From positions 2,084,239-2,148,238 of the forward strand of contig OZ244802.1 in NCBI GenBank assembly GCA_965220135.1: DNA of 64,000 nucleotides, read 5' to 3'. Shown here one piece after another: positions 48,290-57,486 of the stretch (positions are counted from its first letter, which is position 1; the number at the start of each line of letters is the position of its first letter). A program made the position numbers and the translations under genes. This DNA is from Chloroflexota bacterium. Lineage in GTDB: Bacteria; Chloroflexota; UBA11872. The notes under the pieces are model-generated. The model was not told the origin of the DNA. It did no database searches and was given only the letters and a program-made list of their open reading frames with translations.

Positions 48290-48860
48290 GTCAAAACCTA
48301 AGGGGATGATCATCCTCAAACATCACACCCCCAAGTATCGCACGCCCCCGTACGCCATCCCCGCGTCCGCATCCTCGACTTTCGTAGGGGCGGCGTCTGC
48401 GACCCGCCCGTCTTCCTCTTCTCCCCTCCCCCTCCGCCTCTCACCTCTCACTCCTCTTCGCTCACTCGTTCCCCATACCGTTCGTAGTGAGCCGGGCCAG
48501 AGTCCCCGGAGGCCCGTGTCGCCCCCCTTCCTCGTCCCGATCTTGCGTACCGGCCGGTTTCCAACCGGCCTCTTCCGCGCACCCAACCCAACCCACCCAA
48601 CCGTTCCTGGTGAGCCTGCCGAAGGGAATCTCGCCATCTCTTCCTCTTCTCCCCCCTCCGCTCTCTCTTCTCACTTCTCTGCCCTCACTCCTTCCCCACC
48701 CCGCCATCCCGGCGTCTTCGGCCGGGACCCAGCAGCAACCAACAAGCCCAGCGCCTCCTAGCTATCCCTGGCTCCCAACCCCGCAAGCGCTCGATGCCTC
48801 CTCATCCCTCCAAACCACCAGGTCACTCCTCTGCCCCTCCACCCCCTCCACCCCAAACCC
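48290..48860. repeat. CT-rich (polypyrimidine on + strand) tandem repeat array, locus A
   Basis: It shares three conserved cores with locus B: CCTGGTGAGCCTGCCGAA (48605-48622), the 33-bp identical CTCACTTCTCTGCCCTCACTCCTTCCCCACCCC (48669-48701), and ATCCCGGCGTCTTCGGCCGGGACCCAGCAGCAACCAAC (48705-48742). Confidence 0.55.
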
Positions 48861-49334
48861 ACTCTTCCCAAACGCCCGCAAACTCCGCCCGTTCTCCTCC
48901 CCCACATCCACCGCAATAAACCCATCCACCCCTTCCGCTTCAAACCCAAACCCCACCAGCAACCCGATCGCCGTCGACCCGATCCCCCGGTCCCAGAAAT
49001 CCTTCTGAATCTCGATATCGATCCGCCGGCAGTCCAGCCCCGGATTCCGCCGCAGAATCCGCTCCATGTTCATTTCCTGAAGCCAGCACTCGCCCACCGG
49101 CCGACCCTCAAACTCAATGACGAAACAGTAGGCGCTGCGAGAGATGCTGCGCATGATCTTCTTGACCTGCCCGAGGCTGTACTTCCTCTCGTTCGAGTCG
49201 CAATAGGAGGCAATCTCCGGGTCATTCCACAACCCAAGAACCAACTCCCAATCCCCCTCCGTCAATGGCCGCAGTACTACCGCCCCCGCCCGCAGCGTCA
49301 CGTTGTGGGTCCGAAGCCTCTCGCTCGCCATCAC
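48762..49334 (-). CDS. GNAT family N-acetyltransferase (C-terminal tail encoded by the CT-rich repeat)
   Basis: 190 aa with a GNAT fold pattern. The last about 30 codons (FGVEGVEGQ...) are the antisense of the repeat, so the true stop may be earlier. Confidence 0.55.
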   Translation of the reverse strand: MMASERLRTHNVTLRAGAVVLRPLTEGDWELVLGLWNDPEIASYCDSNERKYSLGQVKKIMRSISRSAYCFVIEFEGRPVGECWLQEMNMERILRRNPGLDCRRIDIEIQKDFWDRGIGSTAIGLLVGFGFEAEGVDGFIAVDVGEENGRSLRAFGKSGFGVEGVEGQRSDLVVWRDEEASSACGVGSQG

Positions 49335-49496
49335 CTACTTCCAGTCCTTCCTTGCCCCTCCGTCATTCCGTCGTCCAACCACGCACGACCTCCGATAACC
49401 CGCCCCTCGCATCCGGTCAATTCTCCGCGGTCGGGAGTCCATACGGGCGGGTGCGAATCGGATATGAGAAGCTTGTGATCTCCTACAATTCCCACC

Positions 49497-50240
49497 ATGC
49501 CCAGCTACGGCGTCACGCTCCTGTCCGGTGGACTCGACTCCACCACAGTCGCAGCGCTTGCAAGAGATCGCGTCGACAGCATGTCGGCGATCACATTCCA
49601 CTATGGCCAGAGTCACGCTAAGGAGGTTGAGTGCGCCGTGCGAATCGCCGGCATCTTGGGCATCGAACACAAGCTTCTCGATATCTCATTTCTCTCAGAC
49701 GTTGCTTGGTACTCCGCCCTGACCAATCCCGACCAGTTCGCGGTGCCGAATATCCGCTGCAGTGACGAGATTGGTCACGGCGTCCCGATAACTTACGTGC
49801 CGTTGCGAAATACCATCTTTCTGTCACTTGCAGCAGCCTACTTGGAGAGCAGTATTCTGCACGCCATTGAGGTCGAGCGCGTCGCTATATCGGAGGTTTC
49901 CGCCTACGTGTACTTGGCCCCAAACGCAATCGACTATAGCGGTTACCCAGACTGCCGCCCCGAGTTCTACGACACTATGGGACGGACGCTAGACCTGGGA
50001 AGCAAGCTTTGGACCGGGTACGGCATTTCCATTCAAGTCAAAACCCCAATCATTGACCTGTCGAAGGCTGAGATCGCCACACTCGGAATCAGTCTAAAGG
50101 CTCCATTGGAGCACAGTTGGAGTTGCTACAAGGGAGGCGAGTCTCCATGCGGCTTGTGTGACAGTTGCATCCTCCGTGCAAAGGGCTTTGCCGAAGCTGG
50201 AATCACTGACCCCCTACTTCTAAGGCTTAGTGCCGTCTGA
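49497..50240 (+). CDS. queC: 7-cyano-7-deazaguanine synthase
   Basis: LLSGGLDSTT PP-loop and a C-terminal zinc motif (CYKGGESPCGLCDSC), canonical for QueC. GC is lower than the flanking DNA. Confidence 0.85.
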   Translation: MPSYGVTLLSGGLDSTTVAALARDRVDSMSAITFHYGQSHAKEVECAVRIAGILGIEHKLLDISFLSDVAWYSALTNPDQFAVPNIRCSDEIGHGVPITYVPLRNTIFLSLAAAYLESSILHAIEVERVAISEVSAYVYLAPNAIDYSGYPDCRPEFYDTMGRTLDLGSKLWTGYGISIQVKTPIIDLSKAEIATLGISLKAPLEHSWSCYKGGESPCGLCDSCILRAKGFAEAGITDPLLLRLSAV

Positions 50241-50299
50241 CAATGCATCAAGTAGACCATCGATTGACTGGACACTGCTGTTCTCCAGCCGCAGAATGG

Positions 50300-51496
50300 T
50301 CACGGCGCAGTCGGTGCCTTGACTTGATAAGTTGCTGACTGGCCTGCCGGATTCGGACAGAAGTGCCTGAAGTCACACGCTACACATGTTGCTTCGTCCC
50401 TACAATTGGGGGACCAGGCTTGGAGAATGTTGGTACTAGCAGCTTCGGCAACAATATTCTCCTCTGCCTTACGAACCACTTGGTCGAATTCACGCAAGGC
50501 AGATTCGATACTACTGCGGGAAATTGGTATGACGCGGATTGCTCGACGTAAACGATAGGGCAACCCAAGTTGGCTTGTATCCATACCCGGTCGCCACATT
50601 CTCACAATCTGCTCGTCACGAGACCTAAGATCGGGGCACTCGTCTACGGTGCCGTCTACTAGTCCCCTTCGCAGGGCAGTCATCTCCTCCGATCCCGGCG
50701 TTAATTCGTTAACGTAGATCAGAATACCAGCTGCTACGGGCAGCGCATCGACCTGTCTCTGCCTTAACCAGGCATACGTCTGGATCTGCCAGTCTCCTTG
50801 TTCCCAGTACGGCTCGTCAAGCAGTGGGCGCCGAGTGCCCTTGTAATCCACGATGACTTCGAAGGTTCCCCTTAAATCTGGGCAAACACGGTGAACATGA
50901 TCCCGAATTACATTCCCCTCTGCTCCCTGTCTCAGAGTCATATGAGTTAGGACGTCAACAACTCCATGTACCTCATAGTTGTTACACCGAAGTGCAATAC
51001 CTCCGGTCGGCACGGCACGAGTACCGATTACTCTGCGTTCAGCCGCTGCAACCAGGGGAAATAGGTGAGGACCCAATTCGTTAACCGCGGTCTCGACGCG
51101 GTGATACGCCGAATCTCGGGCTTCGGTGCTCCGAGCTTGCTTGCCTTGTCGCCGGAGGGCATCCTCGACCGCGTTTGCAAAATAACCAATATCGTGCGTC
51201 GCCCAGTTTGGATTGGTTGCACCCCACTCGCGCGCAGTGCAAGGCCAAGGAAAAGTCGGCGGCTGGCTTCCACTCTGACGCGTCTCCGACCAGAAGCGAT
51301 AACACATTTCGAGAGTGCCGTGTATGAACTCGCCGAACCAAAGCTGCACAGGCCTTGAAGGAGGCAAAGCGCTACCATTGTGATACCGATATTGAAGTCT
51401 GCACCGCAAGTACGAAAGCAAGTCGCCAGTCAATGAGTAGGAAGGCACGATATGCTCCGGTCGCTTTACTTCAAGCTTCACGATTACATCTCCCAA
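50300..51496 (-). CDS. PD-(D/E)xK nuclease with C-terminal Fe-S cysteine cluster (Cas4/RecB-like)
   Basis: hhhDYK motif (EVIVDYKG), an N-terminal Cys and a C-terminal C-x5-C-x2-C-x5-C (CRDEATCVACDFRHFC). Confidence 0.5.
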   Translation of the reverse strand: MGDVIVKLEVKRPEHIVPSYSLTGDLLSYLRCRLQYRYHNGSALPPSRPVQLWFGEFIHGTLEMCYRFWSETRQSGSQPPTFPWPCTAREWGATNPNWATHDIGYFANAVEDALRRQGKQARSTEARDSAYHRVETAVNELGPHLFPLVAAAERRVIGTRAVPTGGIALRCNNYEVHGVVDVLTHMTLRQGAEGNVIRDHVHRVCPDLRGTFEVIVDYKGTRRPLLDEPYWEQGDWQIQTYAWLRQRQVDALPVAAGILIYVNELTPGSEEMTALRRGLVDGTVDECPDLRSRDEQIVRMWRPGMDTSQLGLPYRLRRAIRVIPISRSSIESALREFDQVVRKAEENIVAEAASTNILQAWSPNCRDEATCVACDFRHFCPNPAGQSATYQVKAPTAP

Positions 51497-53844
51497 AACG
51501 GCGGTTCAACCTTCACCGGTGCCCTTCTCGTCGCGTAGTCTTGTCTCCAGGGCCAGAACCCATCACGCCGCCAGCCAAGCGCGATATTCCTGATTTCTCT
51601 TTGCGTCGGAAAGCGAAGCAGCGCTTCGTTTCCCACTAGCATTAAAACCGACTGCGGTCGACTATAGGCAACATAGTAGAGTCTGACTAGATCATCAAAT
51701 GTACGATCCAACCCATCTCGATGTCCTCTCAGCGGAGTGGCCAGGAATGGCTCGATATCGTCCTCCGCTTGAACAATATTGGAAATGGAATCGGGAAATC
51801 TCAAGAATCTCTGCATCCGATGATTGCGACTGAAGCGGCTGCCTACATCGATGATAACTAAAGGAAACTCCAGTCCCTTCGACTGATGAATTGTCATGAA
51901 TTGAATTCGCTCCCGCGGAACACTAGGCATAATCTCCTCATCTACATCAATCTCGTCCTGTGCTATCGCTATAAGCGCATCGCGAATTAGACTCTCTCTA
52001 CTTCGCCTTACGTGAGGCCCATGGTTCTTGTCACTAGTATTCTGAAGTATCTGCATGCGGTAAGGCGATGCCTGGGCTGCACTGGCAAGGATACGAGTTA
52101 CGGCCTCCAACCATACTTGGTGTTCAGGGTCGGTCTGAAATCGCGGCATCCAAGTGACTAGAGTGAACACTAATTCTAAGGCTGGCCAATCCGCTGGAAT
52201 GTCAGCCACGACGTGGTCGGACGCTACTGCCTGCCAGTCGAGGATGAATCCCCGAAGACCACGCCCGTCGCTTGGTGTCGGATCACGGCGCAAAAATGAC
52301 TCGGCGCTCCTGCGCCATTGGTTCAGAAAGTAGGCTGCTTCCCTGGTGGGCATGACGTTGTTGACGAAATCTGAATTTGGATCGATTGATAGCAACACAA
52401 GGCCTAGTAGCGTCTGAACATCAGGAATAGACCGGAGTGAGTGGCCCCGAGGATTAAAGACTTCTATGCCCAGGCGTCCTAAGGCCGCCCTGAGTTTTCC
52501 GGGGAATCGAGCAGATTGAGTTCGACCCCACCGATCATAGGTGCTCTCTAACACCGAGTGAGACAAATACACGACATCTCCTATGGCACCTCCACTTGGA
52601 TCCAGATGGAACTCTTGGCCGTTACCTACCTCAATCTGACATCCACCTGCAAGATCCCGTAGGAAAGCTGCGAGATCATCAGCCAGCGTATCCTGATCAG
52701 GTCGAAACATACCTAGCACTGGGATATCCGAACTAGGAATAGATGCAACTACCAGAGGCTTCGCAGGGACAATACGCCCAGTTCCAAACGCAGGATCACT
52801 GGAAATATGTCGATTGAAGAACTCCACGATCTCTGGCTGTGACCGAAAGTTGCGCACCATATCGATTCGAGTTGTATGGCGCCCAGTGGCGTGACGACAG
52901 CGATCCGCAAAATCTGTGAACAACTCAACCGAACCACCACGAAAGCGATACATAGACTGATCGTCATCACCTACAATGGAAACTGCAAGATTGTCTGACT
53001 TCATCAATGCAAAATAGATTGCCTCCTGTAGTGGATTCGTGTCCTGGTACTCATCGACAAGCACGACACGCAAGCCATCGGTCCATTCGTTGAGTTGACC
53101 ACTGGCCAATTGCTCCAAGAAGTGCTCTTCAAGAGTAGCAAAGTCAAACACATTCGCCTGCGAACATTCGAGACGATATGTATCCAACATATCTACGACA
53201 ATTCGTTCCCCAGCACCACTCTGTGCATAAGCTGATGTATCCGCTCGGTCTTGAATCAGCCGCTCCATTAGACGTTTGGTCGTACGAAGCGATTCACCTT
53301 GATTTCTGGGAGGACGTCCATCAAAAGTGTAAGGCGCCAGCACCGAGTCGATGTCCTGTTTGTTGGCTCGATAAGTCTCTTGAAACACCCGACGCTTCAG
53401 AATGAGGGCACTAGCAGACGCGTCGGCCAATGTGGGAGCGATGGCGCCTACCGAACGAAACTCAGTGAGAATGTCATGTACAGTGCTGTCCAGAGTGTCA
53501 ATGCGACAGCGATTTATATCAATATGCAACACATCTTGCTTCTGAGACATAGCCTCCAGCAAGGAAGTTCCCCAATCCAACCAACGACTACGTAATTCCT
53601 GCGCCGCCTTGCGCGTGAAAGTTGTGATGAGAATGTCCTCTGGCATGATATCTTCAACAAGGACGTGACGGAGAGCACGCAACACCAGTACGGTGGTTTT
53701 GCCAGATCCCGGTCCCGCGACTATCTGCAGAACTTTATCCGAATCGTGCGTAATTGCATCTCGCTGAGCTCGATTGGCATCGTCAAATAGATTGCGATTC
53801 AGGAGATTGTCCACAAGATCCAAGAATACTGCGTCGTTAATCAT
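51484..53844 (-). CDS. UvrD/Rep-family superfamily-1 DNA helicase
   Basis: Walker A (AGPGSGKTT), motif II (VDEYQDTN) and UvrD_C-like motifs. 786 aa, lower GC. Confidence 0.75.
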   Translation of the reverse strand: MINDAVFLDLVDNLLNRNLFDDANRAQRDAITHDSDKVLQIVAGPGSGKTTVLVLRALRHVLVEDIMPEDILITTFTRKAAQELRSRWLDWGTSLLEAMSQKQDVLHIDINRCRIDTLDSTVHDILTEFRSVGAIAPTLADASASALILKRRVFQETYRANKQDIDSVLAPYTFDGRPPRNQGESLRTTKRLMERLIQDRADTSAYAQSGAGERIVVDMLDTYRLECSQANVFDFATLEEHFLEQLASGQLNEWTDGLRVVLVDEYQDTNPLQEAIYFALMKSDNLAVSIVGDDDQSMYRFRGGSVELFTDFADRCRHATGRHTTRIDMVRNFRSQPEIVEFFNRHISSDPAFGTGRIVPAKPLVVASIPSSDIPVLGMFRPDQDTLADDLAAFLRDLAGGCQIEVGNGQEFHLDPSGGAIGDVVYLSHSVLESTYDRWGRTQSARFPGKLRAALGRLGIEVFNPRGHSLRSIPDVQTLLGLVLLSIDPNSDFVNNVMPTREAAYFLNQWRRSAESFLRRDPTPSDGRGLRGFILDWQAVASDHVVADIPADWPALELVFTLVTWMPRFQTDPEHQVWLEAVTRILASAAQASPYRMQILQNTSDKNHGPHVRRSRESLIRDALIAIAQDEIDVDEEIMPSVPRERIQFMTIHQSKGLEFPLVIIDVGSRFSRNHRMQRFLRFPDSISNIVQAEDDIEPFLATPLRGHRDGLDRTFDDLVRLYYVAYSRPQSVLMLVGNEALLRFPTQREIRNIALGWRRDGFWPWRQDYATRRAPVKVEPPFWEM

Positions 53845-55610
53845 TGTTTCAAGTGCTTCGCCACATTTGTGTACATCATTAGTGTATTATGTGCTCCACG
53901 ACGCTTATTCCTATTGGAGCCACGGAAAATAAGCATGTGAATCCCTAAGCGCTTGCAGAAACTGCAGCGGCACTGTCGCCAAGGACGCTCTAGGAGTGTT
54001 CGCCTGTATTTTTCACGCATAGACTCGGTGTCGCTGGATCTCGCCAGATGCCTGTCATAGTCAAGGATTGCTTGGAGCACTTCACTCAAATTTACTCGGT
54101 CTCTATCATATTCTGAGAGCAAGCTGAGGACTTGGTGTTCCAGTGATTCGAGCCTAGCAATGTCTACGTTGATTCCTGTGAGACGACGCCTTGTGCGTCC
54201 ATCACTCGTCATTGGAACTCGGAGTGCAGCGTACCACTGGCCGTCTGGTGCCAAGTAGTTTTGGTCCGATCGCAGCCACGCCTTGCGGAAGTATGATGCG
54301 CTGTCGAAGCTGTCGACTCGCAGCTCTCGAAAGAGGGGCTGTAGTTTCGGTCTGTATATCCCAAAGAGATGAATCCAAGGTCTCTCTGGCAGTTCTTCTG
54401 CGACCTGCATGATAGCCCGTACGGTTTCTTCTATATCTGCATCCCCTCGCGGAACGAGACCGCCGACTGCTAGATGGCGATAGCCAAACTCGTAATAGGC
54501 ACGTACCGATTGAGCATACTGTGCTGGGTTCAAACCTTGGATCGTGCCCACCGGCGTGAAACGGGCCTTTCTCTCGGCAGCCGACTCAATGAATAGTCGA
54601 GCGTTCTCCTTCGTTATGGATATGCGTTCTTGTCGTTCTCCGTTGGAGAGCTCTATTCGTTCACCATTTTTTCGCGTTACGGCAACCGGGATGTGATCCA
54701 CCGATGCTCCAAAATCAAATCCATACGATTCATAGAGGGCGACTGCCTGATCAACAGAAATAGTCGGAGTCTCTTCGTTTACGTAGCTGAACGCTCCACA
54801 GTCTCCAAAGACGTATTGGTCAGCCGAGAGTCCGAAGTGCTTTCGCAAGTGTATCGGCGAGAGTGCGCTCTCCTCAGTCCCTCTCAGAGTCCGCAACGGA
54901 CCCTTCTTGGCCGCTTGTTGCGCGAGGCTAACCAGTATGCCATCGGACATGCGATTGGGCTGCATTAGCACAGAACAATGTCGATCTCCTCTTTCTGACC
55001 GAGTAGATCCGGAAAAGGAGTCGCCAGCGAAGTCGAAGCCTGGATCCAGCAAGTCATCCCAATCTGGTAGGAAATACCTGAAGCGACCAGAACCCGGCTC
55101 CACCGCAGCACTTACTCTCCGGGACGGCGATGGATGCGTAAGGAATGACTTGATTCGGTTGAGCTTTTTTCCAATGCCACCCGCAAACATTTCTAACTTC
55201 AGACCAAGCTTATCTAGGCCTGGCTGGACTGCGGGCATATAGTCCTTTCCCAATGACACATGAATCGAATGGTGGCTACCTGCCCATCCCGATAGTATTG
55301 ACGCACATGTGTCAGCGCTCGCGAGCGCCGTCGCACGATCCATCCGCCTGTCATAGTCACTAATCCCCTTGAGAATTCCGAACAAGCCGTGCTCGGCAGA
55401 AAGTACGGCTATGGATACATCCTCGGGCCACTGGTAGTCCCTTAGGAACTTTCTGACTACACGAAATGCCGGGCCGTCATACCGGTGCAATGCTGGCAGC
55501 AGGCCGTCGGAGTCAAGCTTGCGATCAGCACAACCTAGAATCAATAGCCTCTTATTCAAGCGACTCGAACCCAAACGAATATTGACGACATCTGGCTTGT
55601 GTCGAGCCAC
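53841..55610 (-). CDS. tRNA-guanine-transglycosylase-like (DpdA-type) protein with an uncharacterised ~180-aa N-terminal domain
   Basis: The C-terminal about 400 aa carry TGT-like motifs: FGDCGAFSY (compare DSGGFQ), IHLFGIYRP (compare VHLLGVGRP) and RVDSFDSASYFR (compare LFDCVLPTR). A terminal Zn-like CRCSFCKRLG...H is present. This is assigned by motif only. Confidence 0.5.
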   Translation of the reverse strand: MARHKPDVVNIRLGSSRLNKRLLILGCADRKLDSDGLLPALHRYDGPAFRVVRKFLRDYQWPEDVSIAVLSAEHGLFGILKGISDYDRRMDRATALASADTCASILSGWAGSHHSIHVSLGKDYMPAVQPGLDKLGLKLEMFAGGIGKKLNRIKSFLTHPSPSRRVSAAVEPGSGRFRYFLPDWDDLLDPGFDFAGDSFSGSTRSERGDRHCSVLMQPNRMSDGILVSLAQQAAKKGPLRTLRGTEESALSPIHLRKHFGLSADQYVFGDCGAFSYVNEETPTISVDQAVALYESYGFDFGASVDHIPVAVTRKNGERIELSNGERQERISITKENARLFIESAAERKARFTPVGTIQGLNPAQYAQSVRAYYEFGYRHLAVGGLVPRGDADIEETVRAIMQVAEELPERPWIHLFGIYRPKLQPLFRELRVDSFDSASYFRKAWLRSDQNYLAPDGQWYAALRVPMTSDGRTRRRLTGINVDIARLESLEHQVLSLLSEYDRDRVNLSEVLQAILDYDRHLARSSDTESMREKYRRTLLERPWRQCRCSFCKRLGIHMLIFRGSNRNKRRGAHNTLMMYTNVAKHLKQ

Positions 55611-55692
55611 CTCTCAAGACCAGGATAGCTTTGTCTCGTACCCGCCCGTTATTCACGATATCTATCGCCTTAGCCTGCGTGCTTCAAGTGAC

Positions 55693-56346
55693 TCATCGTA
55701 CTACCTTAATGGCCTGAGAAGTCTCCGCAAAGTTTGGCCTTGATCTGATCCAGCGGACAAGCGCGTAAACCAGAGGTGTATCTATAGCCGCGATGCCAAC
55801 CTTGACAAGGTATTGGGTGACCATCATGTTCAACAGAACTGGCCCAGGAACTGTACCGGCGAACGCAATAGATATGAATAGCGTAGTATCCACTGCTTGA
55901 GAAACCATGGTCGAGGCATTATTTCGGAACCATAGATGGCGACCGCTCGTGACTCGCCGTAGATGGTGAAAGACCAACACGTCACTATTTTGACTCACGA
56001 GGTACGCGAGCATCGATCCGAGGACAATTCGGGGAACCGCTCCTAGGATATCGTCATAAGATCCCTGACTCTCCCAAAAGCCTGCCGGCGGTAGTATTCG
56101 AGCTACATATACAAGAACCACCATAGCGACGCTTAGTGCAAAGCCATACCAAACAATGCGAGTTGCAACTTTGCGACCATAGAGCTCGGAAATCGTGTCC
56201 GTGACTAGGAACGTAAATGGGTAGGCGATCGTTCCTGCGGGAAGCACCCAGCCGTTTATATCGACTGGCTTGACGGCGACGATGTTTGCCACCACCAGCA
56301 AGGTCACGAAGCTCATCGCCAGGGCTGTTAACGTCACACGACACAT
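55693..56346 (-). CDS. YhhQ/DUF165-family queuosine-precursor (preQ0/preQ1) transporter
   Basis: AYPFTFLVTDTISELYGRK signature and 6 TM helices, at about 217 aa. Confidence 0.7.
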   Translation of the reverse strand: MCRVTLTALAMSFVTLLVVANIVAVKPVDINGWVLPAGTIAYPFTFLVTDTISELYGRKVATRIVWYGFALSVAMVVLVYVARILPPAGFWESQGSYDDILGAVPRIVLGSMLAYLVSQNSDVLVFHHLRRVTSGRHLWFRNNASTMVSQAVDTTLFISIAFAGTVPGPVLLNMMVTQYLVKVGIAAIDTPLVYALVRWIRSRPNFAETSQAIKVVR

Positions 56347-56535
56347 CCTGAGGTTGGCATCTGTCTGGCGAAGGACTCCGACGAAGAATCAAATCTCGCG
56401 ATCCGCTCTCGGAAACGACTGTGGCGAATGATGATGTGTGATGGCGTCAAGGGTCGATTCACCGCTTACGTGGAGGCTCGTGGCGCGTCCGGGATCATAT
56501 CGCGAATGGAATGTCCTTGCCGCTGGCCAACCTGG

Positions 56536-56575
56536 TAGCCCGGATGGCATTCGAACCCACGACCTCCGCAATTCG
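56536..56575 (-). other. tRNA 3'-half-like fragment (variable loop, T-arm, ACCA); not a complete tRNA
   Basis: The minus strand reads ...GAGGUCGUGGGUUCGAAUGCCAUCCGGGCUACCA. It has the GGUUCGAAU T-loop and ends in ACCA. The T-stem is mispaired and no 5' acceptor strand could be found. Confidence 0.2.
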
Positions 56576-56639
56576 CCGTTGCCTTGCCTGCCCGACGAAC
56601 TCCGGAACCCCCGCCGCGCCAAATCGGAAAAGGCACGTC

Positions 56640-57409
56640 TCAGGCTGCACCCGCTCCGTGCTGTCAGCCACCGCCCCGTCATCATCCCGGCGTCCGCGGC
56701 CCGGGCCCAGCAGCAACCAACCACCAAACCGCACCTGGCGTCCCTGGTGAGCCTGTCGAACCACACCCCTGCCAACCCACCCCGACCCAAAACCCCCAAC
56801 CCCCGCCTCCCCCGCTCACCGCTCACTCAGTCTTTCTCCGCCTCCGCCTCTCACTCCTCACTTCTCTGCCCTCACTCCTTCCCCACCCCTTCTTGCCCTT
56901 GACTCCCACTCCACCACGCTGTACTCTATATGAGTAAGACATACCGCCCCACCCCCATGCCCTTCGCCCGCTTCCCCCCGCTCCCGTCCCTCCGCCTTCC
57001 CCCGTTCCAGGCGATCCTCTCAACCCTCCTCGCAATCCTCTCCACCACAGACCGATGCCGTCGTCCCTCTTCTCACCTGACGGAAAACGCTGGAGCCTGC
57101 CCGCCGACTCGAACCGCGGGTAAGCAACCGCGCGGGGCGTCAAGTTCCGCGGGGCGCGCAGGTCGTTCCCTTCCCCTGGGAGCGATGCGGAACCCGTCCC
57201 AAGCTCGGCGAGCGATTCCGGAGTCCTCGGCGGAAATTGCTGACAAGTCTTCCGGTCAAGGCGTCAACCCGCCCACGCTGGTGCCTCGGGCCACCCCCAA
57301 CCCGCCAGAACACACCCCGCCCATCCCCCCGTCACACCCCCAACCCCAGCCCTCCACCCCCACCGCCGACACGCCCCGAACCCACCAAAAAAGCGCCCCA
57401 AATCACCTC
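56640..57409. repeat. CT-rich tandem repeat array, locus B
   Basis: ATCCCGGCGTCCGCGGCCCGGGCCCAGCAGCAACCAAC (56683-56720), CCTGGTGAGCCTGTCGAA (56743-56760) and the 33-bp identical core (56857-56889). It continues CT-rich up to the IS insertion point. Confidence 0.55.
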
Positions 57410-57447
57410 AAGAGTTTTTTAGAAACGGAGCCAGTCACTTGTGACTG
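57410..57447. repeat. IS1595-family terminal inverted repeat (left)
   Basis: See the mobile element above. Confidence 0.6.
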
Positions 57448-57486
57448 CATGGCGGATTGTACACACGTTCCACACGTTGTCCACGC

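Noticed and set aside
48323-48707. Minus-strand ORFs (104 and 81 aa, Gly/Arg/Glu-rich) and 56823..57143 within the CT-rich repeats.
   Set aside because: These are translations of the polypurine complement of a low-complexity repeat, with no start context or conservation. The repeat is called as DNA instead.
56440-56640. Intact tRNA or tRNA-Sec gene next to the island (this would have fitted the selenoprotein finding).
   Set aside because: Only a 3' half (T-loop GGUUCGAAU ... ACCA) is present. There is no complementary 5' acceptor strand, the T-stem is mismatched, and no UCA anticodon arm fits. It is reported as a remnant only.
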